A program made the position numbers and the translations under genes. A stretch of DNA of 62,926 nucleotides, filler included, from Olpidium bornovanus S191 (taxonomy: Eukaryota; Fungi; Olpidiomycota), in assembly GCA_017911155.1 (NCBI GenBank). It is 30 parts of 30 records of this genome, joined end to end, with 100 filler letters (N's around TTAATTAATTAA, not from the genome) between each part and the next. Parts side by side here need not be neighbours in the genome. Positions count along the whole stretch, not along the records: positions 1 to 1,272 come from JAEFCI010012838.1; positions 1,373 to 2,713 come from JAEFCI010001421.1; positions 2,814 to 5,246 come from JAEFCI010002899.1; positions 5,347 to 6,536 come from JAEFCI010001681.1; positions 6,637 to 8,845 come from JAEFCI010009718.1; positions 8,946 to 10,141 come from JAEFCI010010718.1; positions 10,242 to 12,510 come from JAEFCI010008604.1; 23 more parts are not named here. One strand, written 5' to 3'. Shown here piece after piece: positions 1 to 10,789 of this stretch. How positions within the stretch are numbered: the stretch's first letter is position 1; every line of letters starts with the position of its first letter. The notes beneath the pieces were generated by a model. The model did not search any database, was not told where the DNA came from, and saw only the letters and a program-made list of their open reading frames with translations.

Positions 1-948
1 GGCGCAGGGCCCGAAGGCCACCGTGAAGGCGAGCAGCTTATGGGCAGGGACCGCGAGGAAGATGCTGAGGGAAGAAGTATCACACAGAGCAGACCGGCGA
101 GAGGGGCCCGGGCGAAGGCTGTCGCGGCACTGCAGGGGGCGGCCGAGGAAGAGGAATCAGACGAGGACCGGCCGCAGACACGGTTGACGCGCCGCGCGCG
201 CTTTCGAGCGGCTGCCCTGTCAACCCAGTGTCCCGCGCGCAACGCTGGGGATGTCGAGGCCGACCCTCCCGGGACTCCAGTCAGCGAAGAAGCGGGGCCT
301 ACCTCAAGTTTGACGAGAAGGCTGAGCACAGACGACGGCGTTGCGACCGACCACGCCTCGACCCTGTCGTCAACACCGACACCTCGTCTGAGGACGCCTG
401 TGCGGCCGTCCACCCGGACAGGCCGGAACGATCCGACTCGGGAGCAACCAGACCTCCGCGATTGCAGGACGCTTTACGAGCGGGAGCCTCCCCGAAACGA
501 TGGGATCCGCCTTCGCCCCGTGTCGGAACTGTCTCCGTGGAACCGTGAACAGCTTGAGATGCTGAAGCGTTCAGAACGCCGCCGCTGGTCGACAATTCTC
601 ACGCTGTCCCACGAGTCTCACGTCGACTCGCTCGGCGAGTGATGGGCAGGGCGTTTGGCCGATGCTGCAGCTGCATTCTCTTTTCTGGTCTACCTGTATC
701 GCGGGTACCTTCCGGCGCCACAGCGCACTCAATTCATGCGGCATCGCCGTATTGTCAACGCTTTCACCGAGCAACGTACACATCAGCGCCCTCTGACAGA
801 CCTCGGGGCGGCGCTCCGCGAGGAAGATAGCGCCCCCTTTAACCGCAGCGAGCAGCGCTACTTGGACCCCGCCAAGGCGAATGAGCCCAAAAATGGAGGC
901 AGATGGGCGTGGACGATGCGCGACCTCGTGTACAACCCCTTGATGTAA
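1..948 (+). pseudogene. Unknown 316-codon reading frame (5' partial) interrupted by one TGA; possibly transposon-derived
   Basis: Frame +1 is open from base 1 to the TGA at 640-642 and continues in the same frame to TAA at 948 (the track's ORFs 40..642 and 655..948 are co-framed). No family recognised. Confidence 0.3.
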
Positions 949-1583
949 AGTCGGGCGAGATGGAGTCGGACCAGCAGGAACAAGCACGGCACACGGCAAA
1001 CGGCAAACAAGGCGCCAAAAGTACGGCGGGCCGTCGACATCGCGCACGGAAGGGAAGAATGCTATTAGGCTTCCCTCGCTTGCTTACCCCCCATTTTTCC
1101 TTTACGTCTGTCGGAACGTCTCCTACCGGTACCTACGTATCCCCGACCCTTCATGCACACTAATTCTAACACTTGGTTATTGGTTTTGAGACGAGACGGT
1201 TGAGAATTTTACTTTGGAGCTGACTGGGAGCTTTCTACCGAGCGTCATAAATAAATTCAGTGTGAACTATAANNNNNNNNNNNNNNNNNNNNNNNNNNNN
1301 NNNNNNNNNNNNNNNNTTAATTAATTAANNNNNNNNNNNNNNNNNNNNNNNNNNNNNNNNNNNNNNNNNNNNCATGGTGGTGACCTTGTCTGATAACGGC
1401 GAGCGCCCGGCATCATCAGAGCCCCCAGTCGGCTGCGGCGGATTCGCATTTGCAGCGCCGCCGGGCCGGGGACCAAAACACACCCCGCAAAATTTTATTC
1501 TCCAGGCGCCTTGCCTGCTGCGGCCGACCTCGCCCACGACCTGCGGCCAGAGCGGCGCGCGCACCGACTGCACAGCAGGACAC

Positions 1584-2697
1584 ATGACCACGGGCGACGC
1601 ACAGGCGCGGGATCCGGCCAGGCCCTTCACCTGGCAGGAGCTGGCCACGCACAACACGCGGCAGGATGCGTACGTCGCCGTCAGAGGAAAGGTTTATGAT
1701 GTGACCGAGTTCATCTCGAGGCACCCGGGCGGGGAGGACACCCTGCTGCTTGCTGCGGGCAGGGACGCAACCCTGGTGAGCGCTTATTGCGACCAGCACG
1801 TAGCCCGCTTTTACGCGTGGTGACGGCCTGGGTTTTGACGTCTGTCCGAACACGCGACCGCTGCCGCTGGCGTTTTGCCGGCTTGTTAAATGCGGGGAGG
1901 CGTGGGCGGGTTCATCATATACTTCTAGCTAAAGCGCCGCTTGTTCCGCTTCGAACGTCGAACGTAAGGTATTTGAAACGTATCACTCGTTTGCGGTCAA
2001 GGACATACTTCCGTAAGCAATGCGGGTCGGCCCTACTTGTTTTTTGCAGCTGTCAGTCGTTTTGAAAACCTGGGCTGAGCAGATTTCGACGTCCCCCAAC
2101 GTTCGGCATAGTAAGCTTCAGGTCGGCGTTCTCGCAACGAATGAGTTGCCGGTGTTTCCGCCACCGGGATCTTTCCATATAGAAGTGAAGAAAGTGAGCG
2201 GCATGAGAGGCCTGTCGTTGACACCAGGAGGCGAGAGCCATTCGTCTAATTGGCTGACTGACCGTGTCCTGCCGGCATAATTTCCCCCCACAGCAAGTAG
2301 AGGAATATTTCAAAAAGACCGGCAAAGACAGCAAGGTACGGCGAAAGGGTACCACGGCTGCTATTGTGCAAAATACTATTTTGGCGAGCCTCATTTCCGT
2401 GACCGATCATCCAGAACCTTCCGGCCGTCTGGATGCGATACGCTTTCATATATGAGACGCTTTTTGCCTCGTACTATGTGCAATTCTTCGTTCCATTCGT
2501 TGCGGAAAGGTTGTTGTTGCAGGCCGTGTTTGCCGTGGTCCTCGGGCTCGCATGCGCACAGGTACAGTTTTAAATCATAATTGAGAAGTCAGCATGAGCG
2601 CGGCAACGGGGGTGCGATTTACAATGGTGTGGTTGGGTGGTTTGAACGAAACTGCAGGTCGGACTCAACCCCCTACACGACGCATCGCATTTCGCGG
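1584..2697 (+). CDS. Front-end delta-5 fatty acid desaturase with N-terminal cytochrome b5 domain (3' partial, spliced)
   Basis: The b5 domain FTWQELATHN...VYDVTEFISRHPGG is followed by exons VFETYHSF (1969-2012), LQVGVLATNELPVFPPPG, VEEYFKKTGKDSK, NLPAVWMRYAF...LLLQAVFAVVLGLACAQ and VGLNPLHDASHFA (2658-2697, first His box). The order is co-linear with Mortierella delta-5 desaturase as recalled, and the introns are GT-AG. Confidence 0.92.
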
Positions 2698-2814
2698 GTA
2701 AGCGTCCGACTTCNNNNNNNNNNNNNNNNNNNNNNNNNNNNNNNNNNNNNNNNNNNNTTAATTAATTAANNNNNNNNNNNNNNNNNNNNNNNNNNNNNNN
2801 NNNNNNNNNNNNNC

Positions 2815-3676
2815 ATGCACATCCAGGAACCCGAAAACGGCAAGGCGTGGATCGACCACGTCACCGCGACGTTGAAACGCGCGTACTTGGCGCATACCGG
2901 AAAACCCTTGTCGCCACAAGTAAGCGGGAAGTTACACTTGCTTCCATTTTTCTTTTTCCTTTTTTTTGGGTAAAGCAAATTGCCGAGTCTCCGTTTGCGC
3001 AGGTCGTCTCTAACAAGAAAAAATGTCGGAAAGCTCCTTTTAACGCTCGCGCGCGAGCTGGGCTCGGGTCTGTTGCTCGTCACCAGCGGCAAATGCTCTT
3101 ACAGACAGTGGCAGCAGGAAAGTGAAGTGTACGACGACGAGACGTACTGCGCGCGGTACACACTGCTCCCGGCTAACGTCTTTGCTTGCCCGCAACCCGT
3201 CCAGTTGCCGAACGACGGCAGGAGCGCCGTCGTCGAACACCTTAAAAATTACCCGCGAGAACGTGACGCCGCCCCCCAGTTGCTCGAGCAAGCCGCGGCC
3301 CCGGAGACCGCGGACGGGCTCTTCGCCCTGGTTACCGAGTGCCCGAACGGGACGCTCGGGTCCTTTCTCGGCCTCCCGTGTGCGGCTTCCTCCGCCGGGG
3401 ACTGGGAGCTGCGTCCGGAAGTGCCGCACGAAGCGAACTCGAACCCCGTTGCTGGTAGAGTCACCGGACACCCGCAACGCCGTAAAAATAGTGCGCGTCC
3501 CTCCCGGGATGCGGTTGGCGACGCACCTTCGGCCGCGGACCGAACAGCAGGAAGAGCAGAAATCGCAGAAGCAGGAGGCGCACGAGGCGCTGGAGGGCGA
3601 AATCTTTCATCCCGATTCCCCCAGAAACGCGATCGCGGCGACGGTCCTTCCAACGCCCGTCGCCGTCGTCGCCTGA
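2815..3676 (+). CDS. Hypothetical protein fragment (exon MHIQEPENGKAWIDHVTATLKRAY plus a probable low-complexity terminal exon)
   Basis: Open frame from the contig start to a GTAAGC donor near 2920. The frame of the downstream exon is ambiguous and no domain is recognised. Confidence 0.3.
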
Positions 3677-4230
3677 CGACGGAACTCCAGATCGAAGGCG
3701 CCGTCGATCACGGAAGCGACGGAACACGGCGATCTCGCCGTGGTCGTCTGAATCGAAAAATCAAAGGAAAGGGCAGTCGTAATAAACCAGAAAGGGTAAG
3801 TCGTAATAAACCAGAAGTTCAGAAGTCTCCCAACAAGCATTTCACCCAGGTCGCCCCTCCAGCCGCAAAGCTCACTGTCTGTGTTGGCGGAAATACCGAA
3901 AACGCAACCTGTCCTGTCTTCGCATTTTGGGAAAGCGAAGCCGTCTTCACGCAATTCTCGAGGACGAACTGTCACAAACAAAAATTTGCACGCACCCCCC
4001 TACTCCCTCCCTCCCCTCCAACCGCCGCCACCCAGACCGTTCCCCATCACCACCGTGGTTCCTCCGACGACAACCGAATTGGCCCGGGTCGGCGCCCGCG
4101 AAAAAAAAAGTTACCGCACGAAAAAAAGGAAGCGGGCAAAAAAAAAAAAGCCAAAAAGTGAAGTTTCTCGCGGTGCAAGATATAAAACGCGCTAATCCCA
4201 GATAGAGTCGAACTCCATCCCGCGCGCGTC

Positions 4231-4250
4231 TTAGGGTTTAGGGTTTAGGG
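4231..4250 (+). repeat. Interstitial telomere-like repeat TTAGGG-TTTAGGG-TTTAGGG
   Basis: Read directly: ttagggtttagggtttaggg. Confidence 0.85.
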
Positions 4251-5503
4251 GGCGGGGGGACACTCGCGCACAAATGCCGTAAGTGTGACAACAAGGAGGC
4301 CTGGGCAGCAGAAGAAACGAAAAAAATTAATTTCGTCTTTGCCTTCTTCTCCACCGAGAGGCGGGTCTGCGCGGGCTGAGAAAAAGAAAAACCGACGCGC
4401 CAAAAAAAAAAAAAAACTGCGCTGCCGGCTCGGCCTCCGGAGGACGACAACGGCGGCGGTGAAGAAAAAAAAAAACCAGCACCGCAGCCGCGATCTCTGC
4501 ATCGCGATCGGGCACCACCCACGCTCCCGTGCCCCCTCCGCTGCGGCCCCTTCCCCGCCACCCTTTCTTCGTAGTTGGCCTCCGCCCACGGGCGCCGGGC
4601 CGTCGGGCGTTTGCACACTGCACCCCGACGCGGCACCCGGCCTGTCGCTCCTTTGACGCGCGCGGCGACCGGGACCGCTGCGGTTTTGTTTAGCTTCAAA
4701 AGCTTGCCGGCGAACTGGAAGCTAACAAAGCTTCCGTAGAAGGCTAGCATATGTTTTACCGTTAACCTCTTTATATAAGGTTGATAAACGAGGCGATCAC
4801 CACCGAAAGGGACAGAAAAAGCGTTGTCATCATTTTTTTTTTCACTAAAATGCTTTTACGAGGCCCCGCTTGCAAGCGCTGGTTGTATCACGAGAGGCGG
4901 AACGCTTGGTCCTTTTTTTTCTTTGGCTGTGGCGCCGCCAGATTCCTTTGACGCGTCGAGAATTTGCCGTTCTTTTTCCCGCTACCTACTGCTACTGCAT
5001 CCGCACGCTGCCACTTGCATCCACTGGCACAACTTCCACTGCTAGTGCGCCGCCCGTTGCGCCTGTCGCTGAGCTCCGTGGAGGAAATCCTGAACCCGCC
5101 TCAGAGGATTAGAAATGTTCGCAGTTGTTTTGGCGCCTGCTGTATTCCCCTATTTGCATTATCAGCGTGCCGCCATCGGGTTTTGTTTCTTGTTTTTTTT
5201 TTATTTTTATTTGTGGAAAAACAACTCACGTTACTGCTCAAACATGNNNNNNNNNNNNNNNNNNNNNNNNNNNNNNNNNNNNNNNNNNNNTTAATTAATT
5301 AANNNNNNNNNNNNNNNNNNNNNNNNNNNNNNNNNNNNNNNNNNNNAAACAGACTTGCGCTCAAGAATGCACGATTAACACGCAACGAGCGTACTTGAAC
5401 TACGAATGCCCTGATTCCTCTCGAGGATACGTAGGCAGTCTATGAATCGCGGGAAACCTCGGGGAGATGCGGGAGAGAAAAATGATCGATGCAAAATGTT
5501 GGT

Positions 5504-6457
5504 TCACCGAATTGCAACACGAGAAAATAGAGGACACACCTGGGACGTTTTCGACGATCGAACGGGACGGGGAGAGGTGGCGCTCCAGCGCTCTGGCCTC
5601 CGTGGGACAGGACCAAAAAAGGAACGAGACCCCACGTTCTGAGCTGCTTCGGGAAAATAAAGTGGAGCGATACCACTGGGAGAATATGATCCAAAACTGC
5701 CGGTTCGAATTCCTGATTTGGGCCCTGATATTACATGTGACGGGAGAACCGTCGTATGGTGAATACCTGCTTGCAAAACGATAGCGAGTGACGGGGGAAC
5801 GAAAAAGGTGGAGGGCGGAACAATGACAGTTACTCAAGCAAAGGAAAAAGACGGCATCTACGAACTAGTCGAAGGATCTTCCCTCGCAGGAGATGGGAGG
5901 TGCCTGGGAGTGGGCGGGACAAGCAGCAAACTGCCGGTGGCAGGATCGGGCAGTGTGGTTGAGGGCGCAGCCGGAAGCGAAGTCGTTGCCGGAACAGTCA
6001 CGCCGGTTCTAGATGCAGACGTTCTGCCGGGAGCTGCGCTGGACGACGAGCTGGCTGGTGCTCAAACTACCGACGGTTGGGAGGATCCACCTACCGTTGC
6101 CGGAACGGAGGCAGCGGGTTGCCCGGGTTGTGCAACAGACGCAGAACTAGATTCAACAACCGTTGACGTTGAAGCCGCCGCAGTGCGAGAGCGGGTCATG
6201 CGTCCAGCGGGGGACGGATTATCGGCGGTAGCGACCGAGAAACCAGACGGCAGCGCGAGTGCAGAAACCGACACGGAAGGAGCAGCTGACGTGGCAGAAG
6301 ACCGGGGAAGACGGTGGCAACGAGCCGGAGGAGGTTGATCGCCGTCATCGCCTTCTCTGGGATTGGCCGAGTTGCGACCTCCACCTTCGCCGCTGTCACT
6401 TTCGTTTCCTGTGTTGTTTCGCCAAAGGTCAGCGAAGAGGAAGCTCCGCGTACGCAC
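5504..6457 (-). pseudogene. Decayed Ser/Pro/Thr-rich reading frame, possibly a transposon ORF relic
   Basis: One minus-strand frame runs 6457 to 5504 with three internal stops (TGA 6062, TAG 5858, TGA 5834); no domain recognised. Confidence 0.3.
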
Positions 6458-6636
6458 TTGGCCGTTGGCGATCCGTGACGTTAGTGCTGGGAAGGATTCT
6501 CGACGGCGCGCCCACTCGAGTATGACGTTATAGGAGNNNNNNNNNNNNNNNNNNNNNNNNNNNNNNNNNNNNNNNNNNNNTTAATTAATTAANNNNNNNN
6601 NNNNNNNNNNNNNNNNNNNNNNNNNNNNNNNNNNNN

Positions 6637-7606
6637 CATGGCTCGCCTGCTAGCAAACCGCGATCCTTACCGCCTTTTCCACCGGTCTTTGCGCCGCTCT
6701 TTTCGTCCCCTCGGAATACCCGCAGATCCTCCCCCGCAACCGACATTTTCCACGGACGAACTTATCAATGACCCGTTGTCGGCGCTGAACAAAGGGTGGT
6801 CGCTTTTCTCCGTTACCGCCACAACCGCTATGAGCACGCTCGGCAGCGCCGCCGTCCAGGGCGTGCGCATCGCGGCCCAGACCGCCGAGTCGCTCGGCCA
6901 CAAGATCGACCAGAACGTCATCCGGCCCACAGCGGAAAACCTCCGGGACCCGAACCTCCGGCAGAACGTCGGAAATTACGTCAACTCGCTGGGGAAGACG
7001 GTACGTTTCGGACTCGCTGATCTCCGTAAATCCACCACGTGCTTTTCTACGGATACGTCGCTTTTGTGGTCGGGAGGGGGGTGAGGTGTGTGTGTGTGGG
7101 GGGGGGGGGAAGCTGGCATTACAAACCATTTGCGCTTTGCGTCAGGATCGGGCTGGTCCGATGTTACCAGGGCTTTCGCAACAGTCGACGATTAGCACGG
7201 AATTTGACGCGTCCACCACGTTCTGGTTTTCGATGCTCCCCTCCAGGTCGCTGAGGGCAGCGTGCGGGGTGTGAACGCCGTGTCAAGCTTCGTGCACGGC
7301 AGTTCGGGGCCCCCGGGCCAACCTGCCTTCGGCGCGACGCATTACCAGGTCCCGACGAGCGACGCCGGCGGCAGCGGGGACCACGAAGATGACTTTTTCG
7401 CATCCCAATTGAACAGCGCTGGTGGCAGCGGCGTCGGGTCGTCGAGGCGGGAACCGCTAGCCGAGGCGACGACCTCGACGGGGACGCAGTCGCCGCGTCC
7501 GTCGTCGCCCGCTGTCGGAAGGGCCAGAACGGCCAGCCCGCGGACGAGCCGGAAATCCGCGGCGAAGTCGGAATGGGCGGACGACGAGGAGTGGTCGGAA
7601 TTTTGA
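6637..7606 (+). CDS. GCS1: ADP-ribosylation factor GAP, Gcs1/ArfGAP1 family, C-terminal part (5' partial)
   Basis: DPLSALNKGWSLFS ALPS-type segment and NVIRP; intron 7001-7246 joins SLGKT|VAEG in phase 0; C-terminus ...ADDEEWSEF* matches the Gcs1 acidic/aromatic coatomer-binding tail. Confidence 0.85.
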
Positions 7607-8795
7607 TGAGCACGAGGGGGAGCAGGGGCGGGGAGGGTAAAGAGGAGAAGAGAGAGAGGAAAAGCATTTGTAGTGCGGATTTACGCGGCTCGTATATAGA
7701 TATATGTATCATTTTTTAATGCGGCTCGCCAGGATAAAGCGAGCAGGGGCATTTTTTGGAACAGGCGGGGGATCTGACTAGATAAAATTCGTGTACACCC
7801 CCCTGAGCGTCGCTCCCTCAGAGGTATTGCCAGGTCTTCTTTAATATGGATTTGATAGCACATCTGACGGGGAATCGCGTGACAGATTTGACAACAGGTA
7901 TGCGTCAGCTTCAACAGGGGATGCGTATAATTTCCGCATTACGAATCCTATTCATCAAATCCCCTCCTGCGAATTCATTCTGCTAATCTTTGTGAGTGCT
8001 CCACGGCCTGTAAGCTTTCAACGGGTCCGGCTGGGTGCTAAGGGCCTGCCGAAACGAGCGAGGCTCCGCGAGCTGGTCCAAAGCTTGCTGAGGGTCTGCG
8101 GAAAAATGGGCGGTTTGCAGGGAGGAGAGGGTATTCGGAACATCGGTCTAAATTGCAGGGTGAAATTCAGCGAATTGTGTTTTAGTAACATTTATGGTGG
8201 TGTTTCAGGTACAATCTCATTTATCGGGCCAATATAGATATGCTGCGTTCATGTAAATTGAAAAGAATGAGAATGAAAATTATCATTTATATGTGGCTCA
8301 TACATACCACTTCATTTATGCCAATTCGAATTGTAGCCAACATTCAATCTGCGCTACTGTAGCTCATTGATGACTCCATCGGCACTATTGATCATCCCCA
8401 TCGACAGGCCTGCCGGTCGCCCTGCTAATCGGATTAAGTTTTCGCCTCATAAAACCCCTGACATTCCGACCCGCGGGAAACACGATTCCTCCGCCTCACT
8501 ACGAAGTGTCGGATTTTTAAGCTTCCTTCTTTCCAGTCATAATCAATTCATTCACGGCGTTGAGTAGAAAAACTCGCAGCCTGCTCCGCTCCCAAAATAA
8601 AAAAAATCTTCGTCTCAAAACCAAAACCAACCACGAAGCGTGGGATAATCCCAGCGGCGACTTACCTTTTCCATCCGCACCATTCTCTCGTCACTCTTCG
8701 CGCCCCAAGGTCCCCGCCAAAACGTCCCGCTCACCTTCGACGTCGTAGCACCCGCGTTCGTTTACTGCGCTGCCACGTTCGTTTTGCCGCGCACT

Positions 8796-8833
<38 letters not shown>

Positions 8834-9082
8834 CTTTCCCTTCCCNNNNNNNNNNNNNNNNNNNNNNNNNNNNNNNNNNNNNNNNNNNNTTAATTAATTA
8901 ANNNNNNNNNNNNNNNNNNNNNNNNNNNNNNNNNNNNNNNNNNNNAAAAAAAAAAAAAAAAAGAAAAAAAATGCTCTGGTTGAGAAACAGAGAGGACAGA
9001 CTTTGACCCCACCACGTCCTTCCTCCTCCGGGCGCAGGCGGCTTTTTCCCGCGCGCGTCCCCTACCAAAGCCCGCAAGAAGA

Positions 9083-10141
9083 ATGGCGACAGGCGATGCA
9101 CGGCAGTTGCTGCCGCGGCCGCTGCGGCAGCCGGTTCCCCAGGACGAGTTCCTCACGACTCTGGCTTCGTTCGTGAGGCGGCATCGTGGCCAGTTCCTCG
9201 CCGATGCGCGCCCGCTCCCGACAGGGACGCAGGCAACCGGAGCTGCCGCAGGGAAAGGGCCCGCCGGGGCCGGGCCGGGAGCGCCCTGTGAACCGTGGGG
9301 CCCGTCTTCCCTTGAGTCTTCTTCGTTCCAGTCTTCCCTTGAGTCTTCTTCGTTCCAGTCTTCTCACGAACAGAGTTCTTTGACGACTGCCGCCGGCCGG
9401 CCGCTGACGACGGAAACGTTCGCGATCGACCCGCGCCATTTGTCCTTCGTGCACGCGAAATCTGCAGAGCTCGGGCAGTGCTTCCGGGGTCGCGGCGTCG
9501 GCGTGCAGGAAGCTGGATTCAACGAGTCTGCGCAGGCCGCGGACGCGCCGAGCACGAAAGCGGGAAGCGGGCCGCCGAAGGGCTCTCCCGCGTCTGGCGC
9601 GAAGTCTCGGCGCTTTTTCGGCTGGATGCAGCTCAGGAAAGCCGGCTTGGTTAAAGACGCCGCTGGGAAAGAGGGCGGTCCGGGGACTTTGGATAAGAAA
9701 TCGACTATCGATGCCTGGGCGCGTACCGCTGACACTCGAGCGGGACCCTATGGAGAACAAAACGCCGACGCTTCGGTCGTATGCGACTTCCTCGCCTCGC
9801 TGCGGGCTGTCCGCGTCGGTCCTTTTGCCCAATGCATGGTGGCCAGTTACGAAGGCTTGGATGAAGCGCACCCCGTGCCCCTCACCTGCTTTGTCAACCT
9901 CGAACGCCTAGAACTCGTGCGGCTCTCTCCGGCGCTATTCTCAGACTGGGCACCCGGACTCACCACGCGGCTTCGCCAGCTCTCGTGCACGCAGGCTCCG
10001 TGCGACCCTTTTCCGTTCCTCATGGGTGTATTCGCAGGACCGGATGAAAGCTGGCTGTCCCTGACGAAAGTCGATCTTTCGGACAATGAGATCTCAGCGT
10101 TGGACCCAGACTGTCTTGCCAGACTTCCTAATTGTGAAGAG
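9083..10141 (+). CDS. Leucine-rich repeat protein of the fungal nischarin/STK11IP-like type (3' partial)
   Basis: Single long ORF with N-terminal DEFLTTLASFVRRH, then FAIDPRHLSFV, and LRR units (FVNLERLELVRL; WLSLTKVDLSDNEISALDPDCLARLPN). Confidence 0.65.
9304..9363 (+). repeat. In-frame 27-bp tandem duplication encoding (SSLESSSFQ)2
   Basis: Unit gtcttcccttgagtcttcttcgttcca at 9304 and 9331, with a partial third copy at 9358. Confidence 0.9.
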
Positions 10142-10789
10142 NNNNNNNNNNNNNNNNNNNNNNNNNNNNNNNNNNNNNNNNNNNNTTAATTAATTAANNN
10201 NNNNNNNNNNNNNNNNNNNNNNNNNNNNNNNNNNNNNNNNNAAATATGACCGTGGTCCGTTGCGAATGGAGCCGTCAATGGGCGAAACGTTCCAGCTTGT
10301 TGTTGGTTGGGGTTGAGGACGGTCTCTGGAAACCCCGGTCCGCTTGTTCTCGGCCGTCCATGGGCCGATTTTAATTTTGTCACTTGCAGACGATACGACT
10401 GGACGTCAGCCATCAGCGTGCCAAGTTTCAGCTGAATCGGACAGGAATTCGCCTACGATTGAGGCCCTTAAATGCCAAGTGTCGCCCCTTTCAGACTCCA
10501 AATGCCCGAAATGCGAATTCTCCTTCGAACAGCGACTGATCGTCCAGCGGCAGGTACGACGCGAAAGAGCCCGCCGAGAGCTTTTGTTTGGTACCAATTT
10601 CGTGGTGATCGGAGCGGTGAGGCCGGAGATACGGTGGCGGGATGTTTGCTCAAAAAAGGGCTTCGAGCAGATCACGGAAAAATATCCCATGGCGGGGCAA
10701 ACTATAACCCTAAGGACAGCTATAATAATTCCACGCACCCTACCCTCCAACACCCTTCTATGGTGGGCGCAGCTCATTGAAGACATCAG

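Noticed and set aside
1317-1328. TTAATTAATTAA recurring 29 times, which could look like a CRISPR repeat, a PacI-site array or a regulatory motif
   Set aside because: It always sits between two runs of exactly 44 N, so it is a synthetic linker. The ...LIN ends of many track ORFs come from it.
3778-3817. TCGTAATAAACCAGAA repeated at 24-bp spacing
   Set aside because: Only two copies with a short spacer; a simple local duplication, not an array.
5690-5725. GGTTCGAATTCC resembling a tRNA T-loop/B-box
   Set aside because: It has an extra base, and I found no A-box, acceptor stem or cloverleaf.
7700-8140. EPRSFRQAL (copia pre-RT-like) and RFPVRCAI (Helitron-like) peptides on the minus strand
   Set aside because: The expected downstream motifs (WxxAM..E / KARLVA; TINKSQGQ) are absent, so these are more likely a host terminal exon or chance.
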